Source: Felis catus (lineage: Eukaryota). From it: DNA of 64,000 nucleotides. The position numbers and the translations under genes are program-made. Positions within the stretch are counted from its first letter, which is position 1, and every line of letters starts with the position of its first letter. Below the pieces are notes generated by a model that saw only the letters and a program-made list of their open reading frames with translations, made no database searches and was not told the DNA's origin. Location: contig NC_058368.1 of NCBI RefSeq assembly GCF_018350175.1, positions 98,024,001 to 98,088,000 of the forward strand, in the 5' to 3' direction. Shown here one piece after another: positions 37,624 to 48,533 of this stretch.

Positions 37624-40600
37624 TCATCTGAGTGAAGTCATATGATTTTTTACTTTCTCTGACTGACTAATTTCACTTAGCGTAATACCCTCCAGTTCCA
37701 TCCACGTAGTTGCAAATGGCATGATTTCATTCTTTTTGATTGCTGAGTAATACTCCATTGTATATATATACCACATCCTCTTTATCCATTCATCCATTGG
37801 TGGACGTTTGGGCTCTTTCCATACTTTGGCTGTTGTTGATAGTGCTGCTATAAACATGGGGGTGCATGTATCCCTACGAAACAGCAACCTGTGTCCTGCG
37901 GATAAATGCCTAGTAGTGCAATTGCTGGGTAGTAGGGTAGTTCTAGTTTTAGTTTTTTGAGGAACCTCCAAACTGTTTTCCAGAGTGGCTGCACCAGCTT
38001 GCATTGCCACCAACAGTGCAAAAGAGATCGTCTTTCTCCACTTTCTCGCCAACATCTGTTGTTGCCTGAGTTGTTAATGTGAGCCATTCTGATAGGTGTA
38101 ACGTGGTAAATCATTGTGGTTTTCATTTGTATTTCCCTGATGATGAGTGATGTTGAGCATTTTTTCATGTGTCAGTTGGCCATCTGGATGTCTTCTTTGG
38201 AGAAGTGTCTAGTCATGTCTTTTGCCCACTTCTTCACTGGGTTATTTGTTATTTGGGTGTTGAGTTTGATAAGCTCTTTGTAGATTTTGTATACCAACCC
38301 TTTATCTGATATGTCATTTGCAAATATCTTCTCCCATTCTGTCAGTTGCCTTTTAGTTTTGCTGATTGTTTCCTTCGCTGTGCAGAAACTTTTTATTTTG
38401 ATGAGATCCCAGTAGTTCATTTTTGCTTTTGTTCCCTTGCCTCCAGAGATGTGTTGAATAAGAAGTTGCTACGGGCAAGATCAAAGAGATTTTTGCCTGC
38501 TTTCTCCTCGAGGATTTTGATGGCTTCCTGTCTTACATTGAAGTCTTTCATCCATTTTGAGTTTATTTTTGTGTCTGGTGTAAGAAAGTGGTCCAGGTTC
38601 ATTCTTCTGCATGTCGCTGTCCAGTTTTCCCAGCACCACTTGCTGAAGAGACTGTCTTTATTCCATTGGATATTACTTCCTGCTTTGTCAGAGATTAGTT
38701 GGCCATACGTTTGTGGGTCCATTTCTGGGTTCTCTATTCTGTTCCATTGATCTGAGTGTCTGTTCTTGTGCCAGTACCATACTGTCTTGATGATTACAGC
38801 TTTGTAGTATAGCCTGAAGTCTGGGATTGTGATGCCTCCTGCTTTGGTTTTCTTTTTCAAGATTTCTTTGGCTATTTGGGGTCTTTTCTGGTTCCAGACA
38901 AATTTTAGGATTATTTGTTCTAGCTTTGTGAAGAATGCTGGTGTTACTTTGATAGGGATCGCATTGAATATGTAGATTGCTCTGGGTAGTATTGACATTT
39001 TAACAATATTTGTTCTTCCTGTCCAGGAGCAGGGAATCTCTTTCCATTTCTTTGCGTCTTCTTCAGTTTCTTTCATCAGCTTTCTATAGTTTTCAGTGTA
39101 TAGATTTTTCACCTCTTTGTTTAGATTTATTCCTAGGTATTTTATGGTTTTTTGTGCAACTGCAAATGGGATCGATTCCTTGATTTCTCTTTCTGTTGCT
39201 TCATTGTTGGTCTATAGGAATGCAACCGATTTCTGTGCAGTGATTTTATATCCTGCAACTTTGCTTAATTCATGAATCAGTTCTAGCAGTTTTTTGTGGA
39301 ATCTTTTGGGTTTTCCATATAGAGTATCATGTCATCTGCAAAGAGTGAAACTTTGACCTCTTCCTGGCTGATTTGGATGCCTTTTATTTCTTTGAGTTGT
39401 CTGATAGCAGAGGCTAAGACTTCCAATACCATGTTGAATAATAGTGGTGAGACTGGACATCCCTGTTTTGTTCCTGACCTTAGGGGGAAAGCTCTCATTT
39501 TTCCCCATTGAGGATGATATTAGTGTTGGGTCACTCGTATATGGCTTTTATCATCTTGAGGTATGCTCCTTTTATCCCTACTTTCTTGAGGGTTTTTATC
39601 AAGAAAGTGTGCTGTATTTTGTCAAATGCTTTCTCTGCGTCTATTGAGAGGATCATATGGTTCTTGTCCTTTCTTTCATTGATGTGATGAATCACATTAA
39701 TTGTTTTGCAGATATTGAACCAGCCCTGCATCCGAGGTATAAATCCAACTTGGTCGTGGTGAATACTTTTTTTAATGTATTGTTGGATCCAGTTGGCTAA
39801 TATCTTGTTGAGGATTTTTGCATCCATGTTCATCAGGAAAATTGGTCTATAGCTCTCCTTTTTAGTGGGGTCTCTGTCTGGTTTTGGAATCAAGATAATG
39901 CTGGCTTCATAGCAAGAGTTTGGAAGTTTTCCTTCCATTTCTATTTTTTGGAACACCTTCAAGAGAATAGGTGTCAACTCTTGCTTAAATGTTTGGTAGA
40001 ATTCCCCTGGAAAGCCATCTGGCCCTGGACTCTTGTTTTTTGGCAGATTTTTGATTAGTAATTCGATTTCCTTACTGGTGATGGGTCTGTTCAAATTTTC
40101 TATTTCTTCCTGTTTCCGTTTTGGTAGTGTGTATCTTTCTAGGAATTTGTCCATTTCTTCCAGATTCCCCATTTTGTTGGCATATAATTGCTCATAATAT
40201 TCTCTCATTATTGTTTTTATTTCTGCTGTGTTGGTTGTGATGTCTCCTCTTTCATTCTTGATTTTATTTATTTGGGTCCTTTCCTTTTTCTTTTTGATGA
40301 AACTGGCTAGTGGTTTATCAATTTTGTTAATTCTTTCAAAGAACCAGCTTCTTGTTTCATTGATGTGTTCTACTGTTTTTTTTTTTTTTTTTTTTGGTTT
40401 CGATAGCATTAATTTCTGCTTTAATCTTTATTATTCCCTGTCTTCTGCTGGTTTTGGGTTTTATTTGCTGTTCTTTTTCCATCTCCTTAAGGCGTAAGGT
40501 TAGGTTGTGTATCTAAGATCTTTCTTCCTTCTTTAGGAAGGCCTGGATTGCTATATACTTCCCTCTTATGACTGCCTTTGCTGCATCCCAGAGTTTTTGG

Positions 40601-41442
40601 GTTGTGGTGCTATCATTTTCATTGACTTCCATATACTTTTTAATTTCCTCTTTAACTTCTTGGTTAGCCCATTCATTCTTTAGTAGGATGTTCTTCATTC
40701 TCCAAGTATTTGTTACCTTTCAAATTTTTTCTTGTGGTTGATTTCGAGTTTCATAGCTTTGTGTTCTGAAAATATGCATGGTATGATGTTGATCTTTTTG
40801 TATTTACTTAGGGCTGATTTGTGTCCCAGTATGTGGTCTATTTTGGAGAACGTTCCATGTGCACTGGAGAAGAATGTATATTCTGCTGCTTTAGGATGAA
40901 ATGTTCTGAATATATCTGTTAAGTCCATCTGGTCCAATGTGTCATTAAAGCCATTGTTTCCTTGTTGATTTTTTGATTAGATGTTCTGTCCATTGTTGTG
41001 AGTGGTGTGTTGAAGTCTACTATTATGGTGTTACTATCGATGAGTTTCTTGATGTTTGTGATTAATTGATTTATATATTTGGGTGCTTTCACATTTGGCG
41101 CATAAATGTTTATAATTGTTAGATCTTCTTGGTCTATGGACGCCTTGATTATGATATAATGCCTTTCTGCATCTCTTGATACAGTCTTTATTTTAAAGTC
41201 TACATTGTCTGATATAAGTATGGCTACTCCGGCTTTCTTTTGTTGACCATTAGCATGATAGATGGTTCTCCATCCCCTTATTTTCAATCTGTAGGTGTCT
41301 TTAGGTCTAAAGTGGGTCTCTTATAAACAGCATATAGATGGGTCTTGTTTTCTTATCCATTCTGTTACCCTGTGTCTTTTGATTGGAGCATTGAGTCCAT
41401 TGACGTTTAGAGTGAGTACTGAAAATATGAATTTATTGCCAT
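37624..41442 (-). pseudogene. L1 ORF2 (endonuclease/reverse transcriptase), disrupted
   Basis: [55 protein letters not shown]; split across many frames by stops and frameshifts, including a poly(A) expansion near 40376-40395. Confidence 0.95.
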
Positions 41443-41709
41443 TATGATGCTTGTAGAGTTGGAGTTTCTGGTGGTGTTTCTGGTCCTTTCTTATCTTTTG
41501 TTGCTTTTGGTATTTATGTGTGTGTATAAATTTTGTATATAAATATGTAAATATGAAATTTTTTCTTTTTCTGTTTTCAAGAAAAAGAAAAGAATTGTAA
41601 AAGTGAAAAAGGAAAAAGAAAAAAAATTGAATAGATGAACCTGCTAACAGATTGAAGTAGGACTGAAATATATATATGTTATATATGTATATTTTCATCT
41701 TTTTTTCCC

Positions 41710-42587
41710 TCAGAGAGTCCCCCTTAAAATTTCTTGCAGGGCTGGTGTAGTGCTCACCACTACACCTTTAATTTTTGTTTGTCTGGGAAACTTTTTATCT
41801 CTCCTTCTATTTTGAATGACAGTCTTGCTGGATAAAGAACTCTTGGCTGCCTATTTTTCTGATTCAGCACACTGAATATATCCTGCCACTCCTTTCTGGC
41901 CTGACAGGTTTTTGTGGATAGGTCTGCTGCAAACCTGATCTGTCTCCCCTTGCAGGTTAGGGACTTTTTTCCCTTGCTGCTTTCATGATTCTCTCCTTGC
42001 CCGAGTATTTTGTGAATTTGACTATGATATGCTTTGTTGATGGTCCGTTTTTGTTGAATCTAATGGGAGTTCTCCGTGCTTCCTGGATTTTGATGTCTGT
42101 GTCTTTCCCCAGGTTAGGAAAGTTTTCCGCTGTAATTTGCTCACATAACCCTTTTACCCCTGTTTCTCTCTCTTCCTTCTCTGGGACCTGTATGATTCTG
42201 ATGTTGTTCCTTTTTAATGAGTCACTGATTTCTCTCTTAAACCGTGCTCTTTTGCCTTAATCTCCCTCCTTTTCTCTGCTTTGTTATTCTCTATAAGTTT
42301 GTCCTCTTTGTTGCTGATTCTCTGTTCTGCCTCATCCATCCTTGCCGCCACTGCATCCATCCATGATTGCATCTCAGTTATAGCATTTTTAATTTCATTC
42401 TGGCTATTTTTTACTTCTTTATCTCTGCAGAAAGGGATTCTAATCTATTTCCGACTCCAGCTAGTATTCCTATTATCGTGATTCTAAATTCTGGTTCAGT
42501 CATCTTGCTTATGTCTGTGTTGGTTAAATCCCTGGCTGTCTTTTCTTTGTGCTCTTTCTTTTGGGGTGAATTCCTTTGTTTTGTAAT
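41710..42587 (-). pseudogene. L1 ORF1, disrupted (ATT at the expected start codon)
   Basis: Reads (I)TKQRNSPQKKEHKEKTARDLTNTDISKMTEPEFRITII... and ends ALQEILRGTL*; frameshifts present. Confidence 0.88.
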
Positions 42588-42789
42588 TTTGAAGGGAGAA
42601 AAGGAATTAGTGAGGTAGAAAAATTGAAATTAAAAATAATTAAAGTTAAAAAAATATTAAAGTTAAAAATTAAAAACACACCCACACAAAAATCGAATAG
42701 ATGATGCTACATCCTAGGGGTGTTTTGGTCTGGGTGTAGAAAATGGTTTGACAGATTAGAGAAACAAACAAACAAAAAAGGAGGGGGAG

Positions 42790-43495
42790 AGAAAAAAAAT
42801 CATTTGAGAATTTGAAAAAATGAATACACTAAAGTAGACAAATCCACAAAAGTAGAGAATATAGTAGAAAAAAATTATAGAAAACTATTTTAATAAAAAT
42901 TAAAACAATATGAATTTTTTCGTTTTCTGTATTTAAGAAAAAAGAAAAATGAAAAAGAGAAAAAAGGTAAAAAAAAAAAGGAAAGACAAAAAAAGAAATC
43001 GTTTGAAAATTTGAAAAATTTGAAAAGTGAATTTCAGTAGACTGAAATAAAATTATGGGAGTAAGATAGAATATGAAAAATTTACATAAAAGCAAAAAAT
43101 ATAGTAATAAAAATTAAATAAAAATGTTTTTAAAAGAAATTGAAAGTAAAAGCGAAGTTTTTTTCTTTCTGCATTCAAGAAAAAGAAAGGAAATGAAAAA
43201 GAGAAAAAAAGAAAAAGAAAAGAAAGGAAATTGTTTGAAAATTTGAAAAGGTGAGTACACTGAAGCAGACTAAAATAAAATGATGGAAGAAAAGTAGAAT
43301 TTGAAAAAATTTACACAAAAGTAAAAAACATAAGAATAAAAATTAAGGATATTTTTAATAAAAATTGAAAATAAAAATGAGTTTTTTCTTTTTCTGTATT
43401 CAAGAAAAAGAAAAGAATTGTAAAAGTGAAAAAGGAAAAAGAAAAAAAAATTGAATAGATGAACCTGCTAACAGATTGAAGTAGGACTGAAATTG
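42790..43495. repeat. About three imperfect ~230-240 bp AT-rich tandem units in the L1 5'UTR
   Basis: Marker 'ttt(t)ctg(t/c)att(t/c)aagaaaaa' recurs near 42925, 43167 and 43391. Confidence 0.8.
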
Positions 43496-44718
43496 CTTTG
43501 TTTTCCCCTAGAGATCAGTCCATGTAGCTCTTTATAAGCCATAAATTAAGCCGGTGGTGAGGTTTGTGTCCTTGAAGAGTGAAGTTCGCCCAGTTGGGCA
43601 GGGCTCGGTGTAACAGCTCCGCTCTCCCCTAGATGGCGCTGCTAGCCTACTGGGGTGGATTGTTGGGGTGCTCGTTGGTGCGCATGCGCGGGAGGTGAAA
43701 AATGGCGCCACCCAGCCACCCAGTGTGTTCTCCTGGATCAGCAGTTGCGCCCCGGTCCTCTGTCTTCAGCTCTCGTCCATTCCCCGCTTTTCCACTCTGT
43801 GTGACCAGGCCCCAGGCAGTACCTCTCTCCCAAGTATTGTCTCAGATGCGGCTGTTTTCCCCGGCCCCTTACTTCTGAAAGACTTTGGCTTTGACCCGCT
43901 ACGCCCCTCTGCATCGGTCTCACCAAGCGATGGGCAAATGAACAATGGCCGAATCTCGGCTGTACCCAGGAATGCCTGCTGGATCCTGCTGTTGCCAGTG
44001 CCCTGAAACTGCAGCCAGGTTCCAGCCCGCCCCCCCCCCCCCCCAAATCACAAGACAGTGTAGCCTCAGCGTTTCAGGGACCATGGAAAATTGCAACACC
44101 CATCTGACACCAGGCCTCACCCTCAACAACCTTGCCCCTGCACCAGCGAATGTGGCTGCCTTCCGGGGTCTGCTGGGACCATGTGGCTTCAACAGTCTCT
44201 ACCAAATGTCATTCCAGCAGTGGAACTGCCTTTCCCTGTGTGGCCTGAGAACCTCCTGGACCCTACTCTGTTCCTGAGGATTCACCTTTCCCACCAGAGC
44301 ACCACCAGGTATCGAGCTGAGCTGCGGAGTTGCAGCCTTTGTGCTCCCCTTGTTTACAATCTTAATGGAATTTAAACCCTCTCCTTTCTCCTTTCTCCCT
44401 TTTTAGTTTAGTCCCTGTGGCTCTTTCCAATTTTCCACTTTCTCTCCAGCTGCTTTTGGGGAGGATGCTTTTCCCCTATGCTTCCCCCCTCCCCAGTCTC
44501 TGTCCTCTCTCCTCCCGCTAGAGGGGTTCCCTACCTTTCGGGGCTTTTTGCTCCCCAAGTTTAGCTCTTCGTGTCTTGTACCTGCTGAATTCTGTGGTTC
44601 AGGTTGTGCAGATTGTTGTGTTAATCTTCCAATCGGTTTTCTAGGTGTGTAGGATGGTTTAGTGTTGGTCTGGCTGTATTTCATGGATGTGAGACACACA
44701 AAAAGCTTCCATGCTGTT

Positions 44719-44741
44719 CCACCATCTTGGCTCCTCCCTCC
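44719..44741 (-). promoter_or_regulatory. L1 5' terminus with YY1-like element (CAAGATGG)
   Basis: Reverse complement GGAGGGAGGAGCCAAGATGGTGG; YY1 sites at L1 5' ends are established. Confidence 0.6.
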
Positions 44742-45239
44742 TGTCATGTGATTTTTGAGGAATGTTCAAGGAAGTGGGATTTACTCTGGATTGGGTGCTG
44801 TCAGGGAGTAGGGTAGTTAATTCATTATTTCAATGAATCTTACCTAGAAGGCAGGAAAAATAATCTGAGGCTAAGCCTATAATTGGCAAAGAAGTAGTTG
44901 TTATCCTAGTTTGCTGGGAAAAGAGGATGTTTGGTAATTTTTGTTATTTGCACTGTAATCTTGTTTTGTGTGTGTTCTAATAAGATCATAGAATGATATT
45001 TTTTGTCTTAGTTTATTATAGTCACAGAGCTACCTTCTCTGACATCAGTGCACTGTGAGGTTAATTTCAAGAAAAGAATGCCACAGTTTGGCTATAAATG
45101 TCAGGCCATCAACTAGTAACACCAAGAGCTAGCTGGTAGGGTTAGGTCAGTCAGATTGTTTTCCTTTTTCTAATCAGATTCATTATCCAGTGAGAAAGAT
45201 AAGCCCTTAATCTGATCATATAACAACAACAATAGCAGC

Positions 45240-45490
45240 AGCAAGAATAGTGACAACTAGTATGTATTAAGTTTTTATGTGCCAGGCAGTTGTCTGAGCA
45301 CTTTACGTATATTATTTCATTTACTACTCATGACAGCCCTATAATGTAGATGCTGCCATTACATATTCCTATTAATAGATGTGGGAACTGCAGTTTGGAA
45401 ATATTAAGTGATTTGCCCCAAATTGCATAGCTATATGTAGGGTTGATACCTATAGGCTATCTGGTTCAAGAGCTCATGTTCTTGCACACT
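45240..45490 (-). mobile_element. MIR
   Basis: 'tatgtgccaggca...gagcactttacgtatattatttcattta...agatgtgggaactg...taagtgatttgcccc'. Confidence 0.85.
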
Positions 45491-45529
45491 CTTTAAAATA
45501 TATACTACAGTGTGATAAGTGTTATGTGA

Positions 45530-45985
45530 TGTGGTGGATATCGCTGGTGTTCATCTGAGATCCCCTTTACTGATCTGGTACGCTCTCCCCCAGTTGCTGT
45601 GAGTATGGCTGCTGATAGCTCACAGTTGTCTCTTTCTTCTAAGAATTGCCATCTCACCAGAGAGATGATGTGCCTCCTCAGGACAGCCCAGGGGTATTGA
45701 TTTTGACTGTTGGGCTAGTGATGGGGAAGGCAGGTGGTTGGAATGGCTGGGATGGGGAGAGAGGCTGGTCTTTTACAGTGGGGTCTACGCTGTGATGCAG
45801 TTAGTGCTCTGAGTTTCCCAGGAGATTGGGCTAAAGCTGGAATCCATCTGAGACCCAAGACCAAATCCTTGCTTGGCTTTCGCTGTGCCCTGTCATACTT
45901 CTTGGCTCACTCCGCTCTGAGAGCTTTCTTGCGATAAGCCACTTATGCACTAGTCCCTGTCTCAAGGCTCTTTGTAGGTGACAAA
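45530..45985 (+). mobile_element. LTR16-like (ERVL) solo LTR
   Basis: 'gatcccctttac', 'gctgatagctcacag', 'gggctaaagctgg', 'ccacttatgcac...ccctgtctcaaggctct'. Confidence 0.65.
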
Positions 45986-46029
45986 CAGATGGTAGCATGC
46001 ATTATTGATGGTAACATGCATTTTTGATA

Positions 46030-46180
46030 GCTTTTATCAACACAGAAGCAGAGAGGAGAGATACCTATACTTTCCTGGCATGAAGAAGTTAGGGGATGGT
46101 ATTGGCGAGAGAAGACTTTCTAGATGAAGTAACTCCTAAATGTAGTCTTAAAGCATGAAGTGGATTAGGGAGGTGAAGTT
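46030..46180 (-). mobile_element. L2 fragment (probable continuation of 37122-37212)
   Basis: 'gaagactttctagatgaagtaactcctaaatgtagtcttaaagcatgaagtgga'. Confidence 0.6.
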
Positions 46181-46236
46181 GTTTTCAAAGTCAACCAGTT
46201 TATTTGTTAAGTCTTTGCTAAAGAAGAAAGGGTGGA

Positions 46237-46455
46237 GAGGTGCCTAGGTGGCTCAGTCGATTGAGTATCTGACTCGATTTCTGCTCAGGTCATGATCTCA
46301 CAGTTCAGGAGTCCGAGCCCCACATCTGCCTCCCCACTGATAGTGCAGAGCCTGCTTGGAATTCTGTCTTTCCCCCTCTCTGCTCATCCCCTGCTCTCTC
46401 TCTCTCTCTCTCTCTCTCTCAAAATAAGGAAATAAACTTAAAAAAAAGAATAAAG
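46237..46455 (+). mobile_element. Can-SINE (older)
   Basis: 'gaggtgcctaggtggctcagtcgattgag', (CT)n, A-tail. Confidence 0.92.
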
Positions 46456-46480
46456 AATGAAATTTAAAATTTTATTTTGT

Positions 46481-46695
46481 GGGGCGCCTGGGTGGCGCAG
46501 TCGGTTAGGCGTCCGACTTCAGCCAGGTCACCATCTTGCGGTCCGTGAGTTCGAGCCCCGCGTCAGGCTCTGGGCTGATGGCTCAGAGTCTGGAGCCTGT
46601 TTCCGATTCTGTGTCTCCCTCTCTCTCTGCCCCTCTCCCGTTCATGCTCTGTCTCTCTGTGTCCCCCAAAAAATAAATAAACGTTGAAAAAAAAT
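46481..46695 (+). mobile_element. Young felid SINEC_Fc
   Basis: CpG-intact 'ggggcgcctgggtggcgcagtcggttaggcgtccgacttcagccaggtc'; flanking repeat ttattttgtg. Confidence 0.96.
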
Positions 46696-46949
46696 TTTTT
46701 TTATTTTGTGATCAAATTAATATCCTTGCAGGAATTTTAGTTTTAAAATTCTTACCCTTTTAAGTGATAACATTTATAAAGGGAACAGGAAGGGAAATTT
46801 ACATTCACTAACTACCTAAATGTGAAATTTATACTATTAGGGTATTTTATCATATACTGCCTCCCTTAATATTTCAACCAAACAGAAGAAATGAAATTCA
46901 GAGGTGAAGGAAATTCTTCAAGTCTTTATATTTTAAATTCATGCAATTT

Positions 46950-47190
46950 ATCTTTCAAAATATACTTATTTATGTGTAATGGACATACAATAAAATATGC
47001 ACATTGAAAGAATAAGTTTTGATGAGTTTTGACAAGTTTATGCATTCATTTAAATCTGCTACCATTGAGATGTAGAACATGTGCATCACCTGAAAAAGTT
47101 TGGCTGTGCCTTTCCCAGTCAGTTCACTCTGATATTCAGCCCCAGTCAAGCATCGCTTTGCTCTGTATCTTTACAGATGAGCTTTCCTTA
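46950..47190 (-). mobile_element. Old L1MB/MC 3' end fragment
   Basis: 'catacaataaaatatgcac...tttgatgagttttgacaa...gtagaacat'. Confidence 0.7.
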
Positions 47191-47465
47191 GTAGATTTCT
47201 GCTTTTGTTATGCCCTTTAATACATCCACATTTTAAAAATATTGCCATTAGGTAAAATTAGCCACATTTTATGGAAATGTCATGGATTTATTCTACAGTT
47301 TTGTTTAGACATACCACAAAGTATCCCAGAAAAACTCAAGAAATACTTTCTCATATATTTCAAGGGACATAGCAGATTTTTAACGAAAGCAAAATTGCAA
47401 CTTCTCCTGATGGTCTTTTTTCCCTTAAATCTGCTTTAAGACCCTCGTGGAGCTTACAAGAGGTA

Positions 47466-47477
47466 TATGTGTGTGTA

Positions 47478-47512
<35 letters not shown>

Positions 47513-47517
47513 TGTGT
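47466..47517. repeat. (TG)n microsatellite
   Basis: Directly visible. Confidence 0.95.
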
Positions 47518-47708
47518 ATATATGACTGTGACTACAGGGGCTTCTCTAGATGCATAGAGAATGCATAAGGCGAATGAAACTTTTTTTTGGCCGTGATTAC
47601 AAGACATAGATGATTCTGGAACAATGTCTCATAATTGATATTCTTATATGCCAGTAATTGTTTTTACCTTTATATAAGGTATATATAATATATATATTTT
47701 CATTCTAA

Positions 47709-47710
<2 letters not shown>

Positions 47711-47760
<50 letters not shown>

Positions 47761-47942
47761 GCTAGAGAATGCATGTATGAAAGACAGAGGGAGGGGGCAG
47801 AGGGGGAGAGAGAGAAAATCTCAAGCAGGCTCTGCACTGAGTGTGGAACCTGACACAATTTTCAATCCCGTGACCCTGGGATCATGTCCTGAGTTGAAAT
47901 CAAGAGTCAGGTGCTCAACTGACTGAGCCACCCAGTTGCCCC
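47711..47942 (-). mobile_element. Can-SINE with a long (~47 nt) poly(T) tail
   Basis: TSD ca(t/c)tctaatcttt; head 'gactgagccacccagttgcccc'. Confidence 0.92.
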
Positions 47943-48312
47943 TCACTCTAATCTTTTAAAAATATGTGTTATGTATGAATATGTAGAGGATGACATTAAT
48001 ATAGCTAAATATGAAAAGTTTTTGGTAGATCTTGGTTATCTGTGCTGAGGACAAATGGAGCTAATGTGAAGCAATTATGGAAGCTTAGTTGTACTAATCT
48101 GAATGGTGTAAGAGGCGGTGAACTGTAGATTCTTTTAACTGTCTTAGTGATACAGAGTTATGAATAAACTACTACTATGTTTTGTTTTTTTGACAAATTA
48201 CAAGCTGTATGGTTCAAGACAAATTTACCTTTTATCACTTACATTCTAGTTGTACCTTTTAGATATTTTATGTGTGATGTTTTCAATTTTTTTCTATAAA
48301 TTTAAAACATAG

Positions 48313-48533
48313 AGGGGAGCCTGGGTGGCTCAGTTGGTTAAGCGTCCGACTTCAGCTCAGGTCACGATCTCTCAGTCCATGAGTTTGAGCCCTGCGTCAG
48401 GCTCTGGGCTGATGGCTTGGAGCCTGGAGCCTGCTTCCGATTCTGTGTCTCCCTCTCTCTCTGCCCCTCCCCCGTTCATGCTCTGTCTCTCTCTGTCTCA
48501 AAAAAAAAAAAAAAAAAAAAAAGTTAAAAAAAA
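48313..48533 (+). mobile_element. SINEC_Fc
   Basis: Full body with poly(A); TSD aaaacataga. Confidence 0.95.

Larger units (their letters stand above)
37380..44741 (-). mobile_element. Full-length felid LINE-1 (L1_Fc-like), retrotransposition-defective
   Basis: 5' end GGAGGGAGGAGCCAAGATGG, 5'UTR, ORF1, ORF2 (EN, RT with [11 protein letters not shown]-terminus), 3'UTR and A-rich tail; 15-bp TSD at 37365-37379 and 44742-44756. Confidence 0.97.
37215..45172 (-). mobile_element. Old ERV1-class LTR-like element split by the full-length L1 (pieces 37215-37379 and 44742-45172)
   Basis: Joining the flanks across the L1 TSD gives ~590 bp with antisense-LTR character ('gaatttattg' poly(A) signal in reverse); family not identified. 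Confidence 0.4.

Noticed and set aside
39531..40409. 292-aa ORF, longest in the track
   Set aside because: Fragment of the broken L1 ORF2; not a host gene and not a functional RT.
42790..43495. Regularly recurring units that could be mistaken for a CRISPR-like array
   Set aside because: Long imperfect tandem units without unique spacers, inside a mammalian L1 5'UTR.
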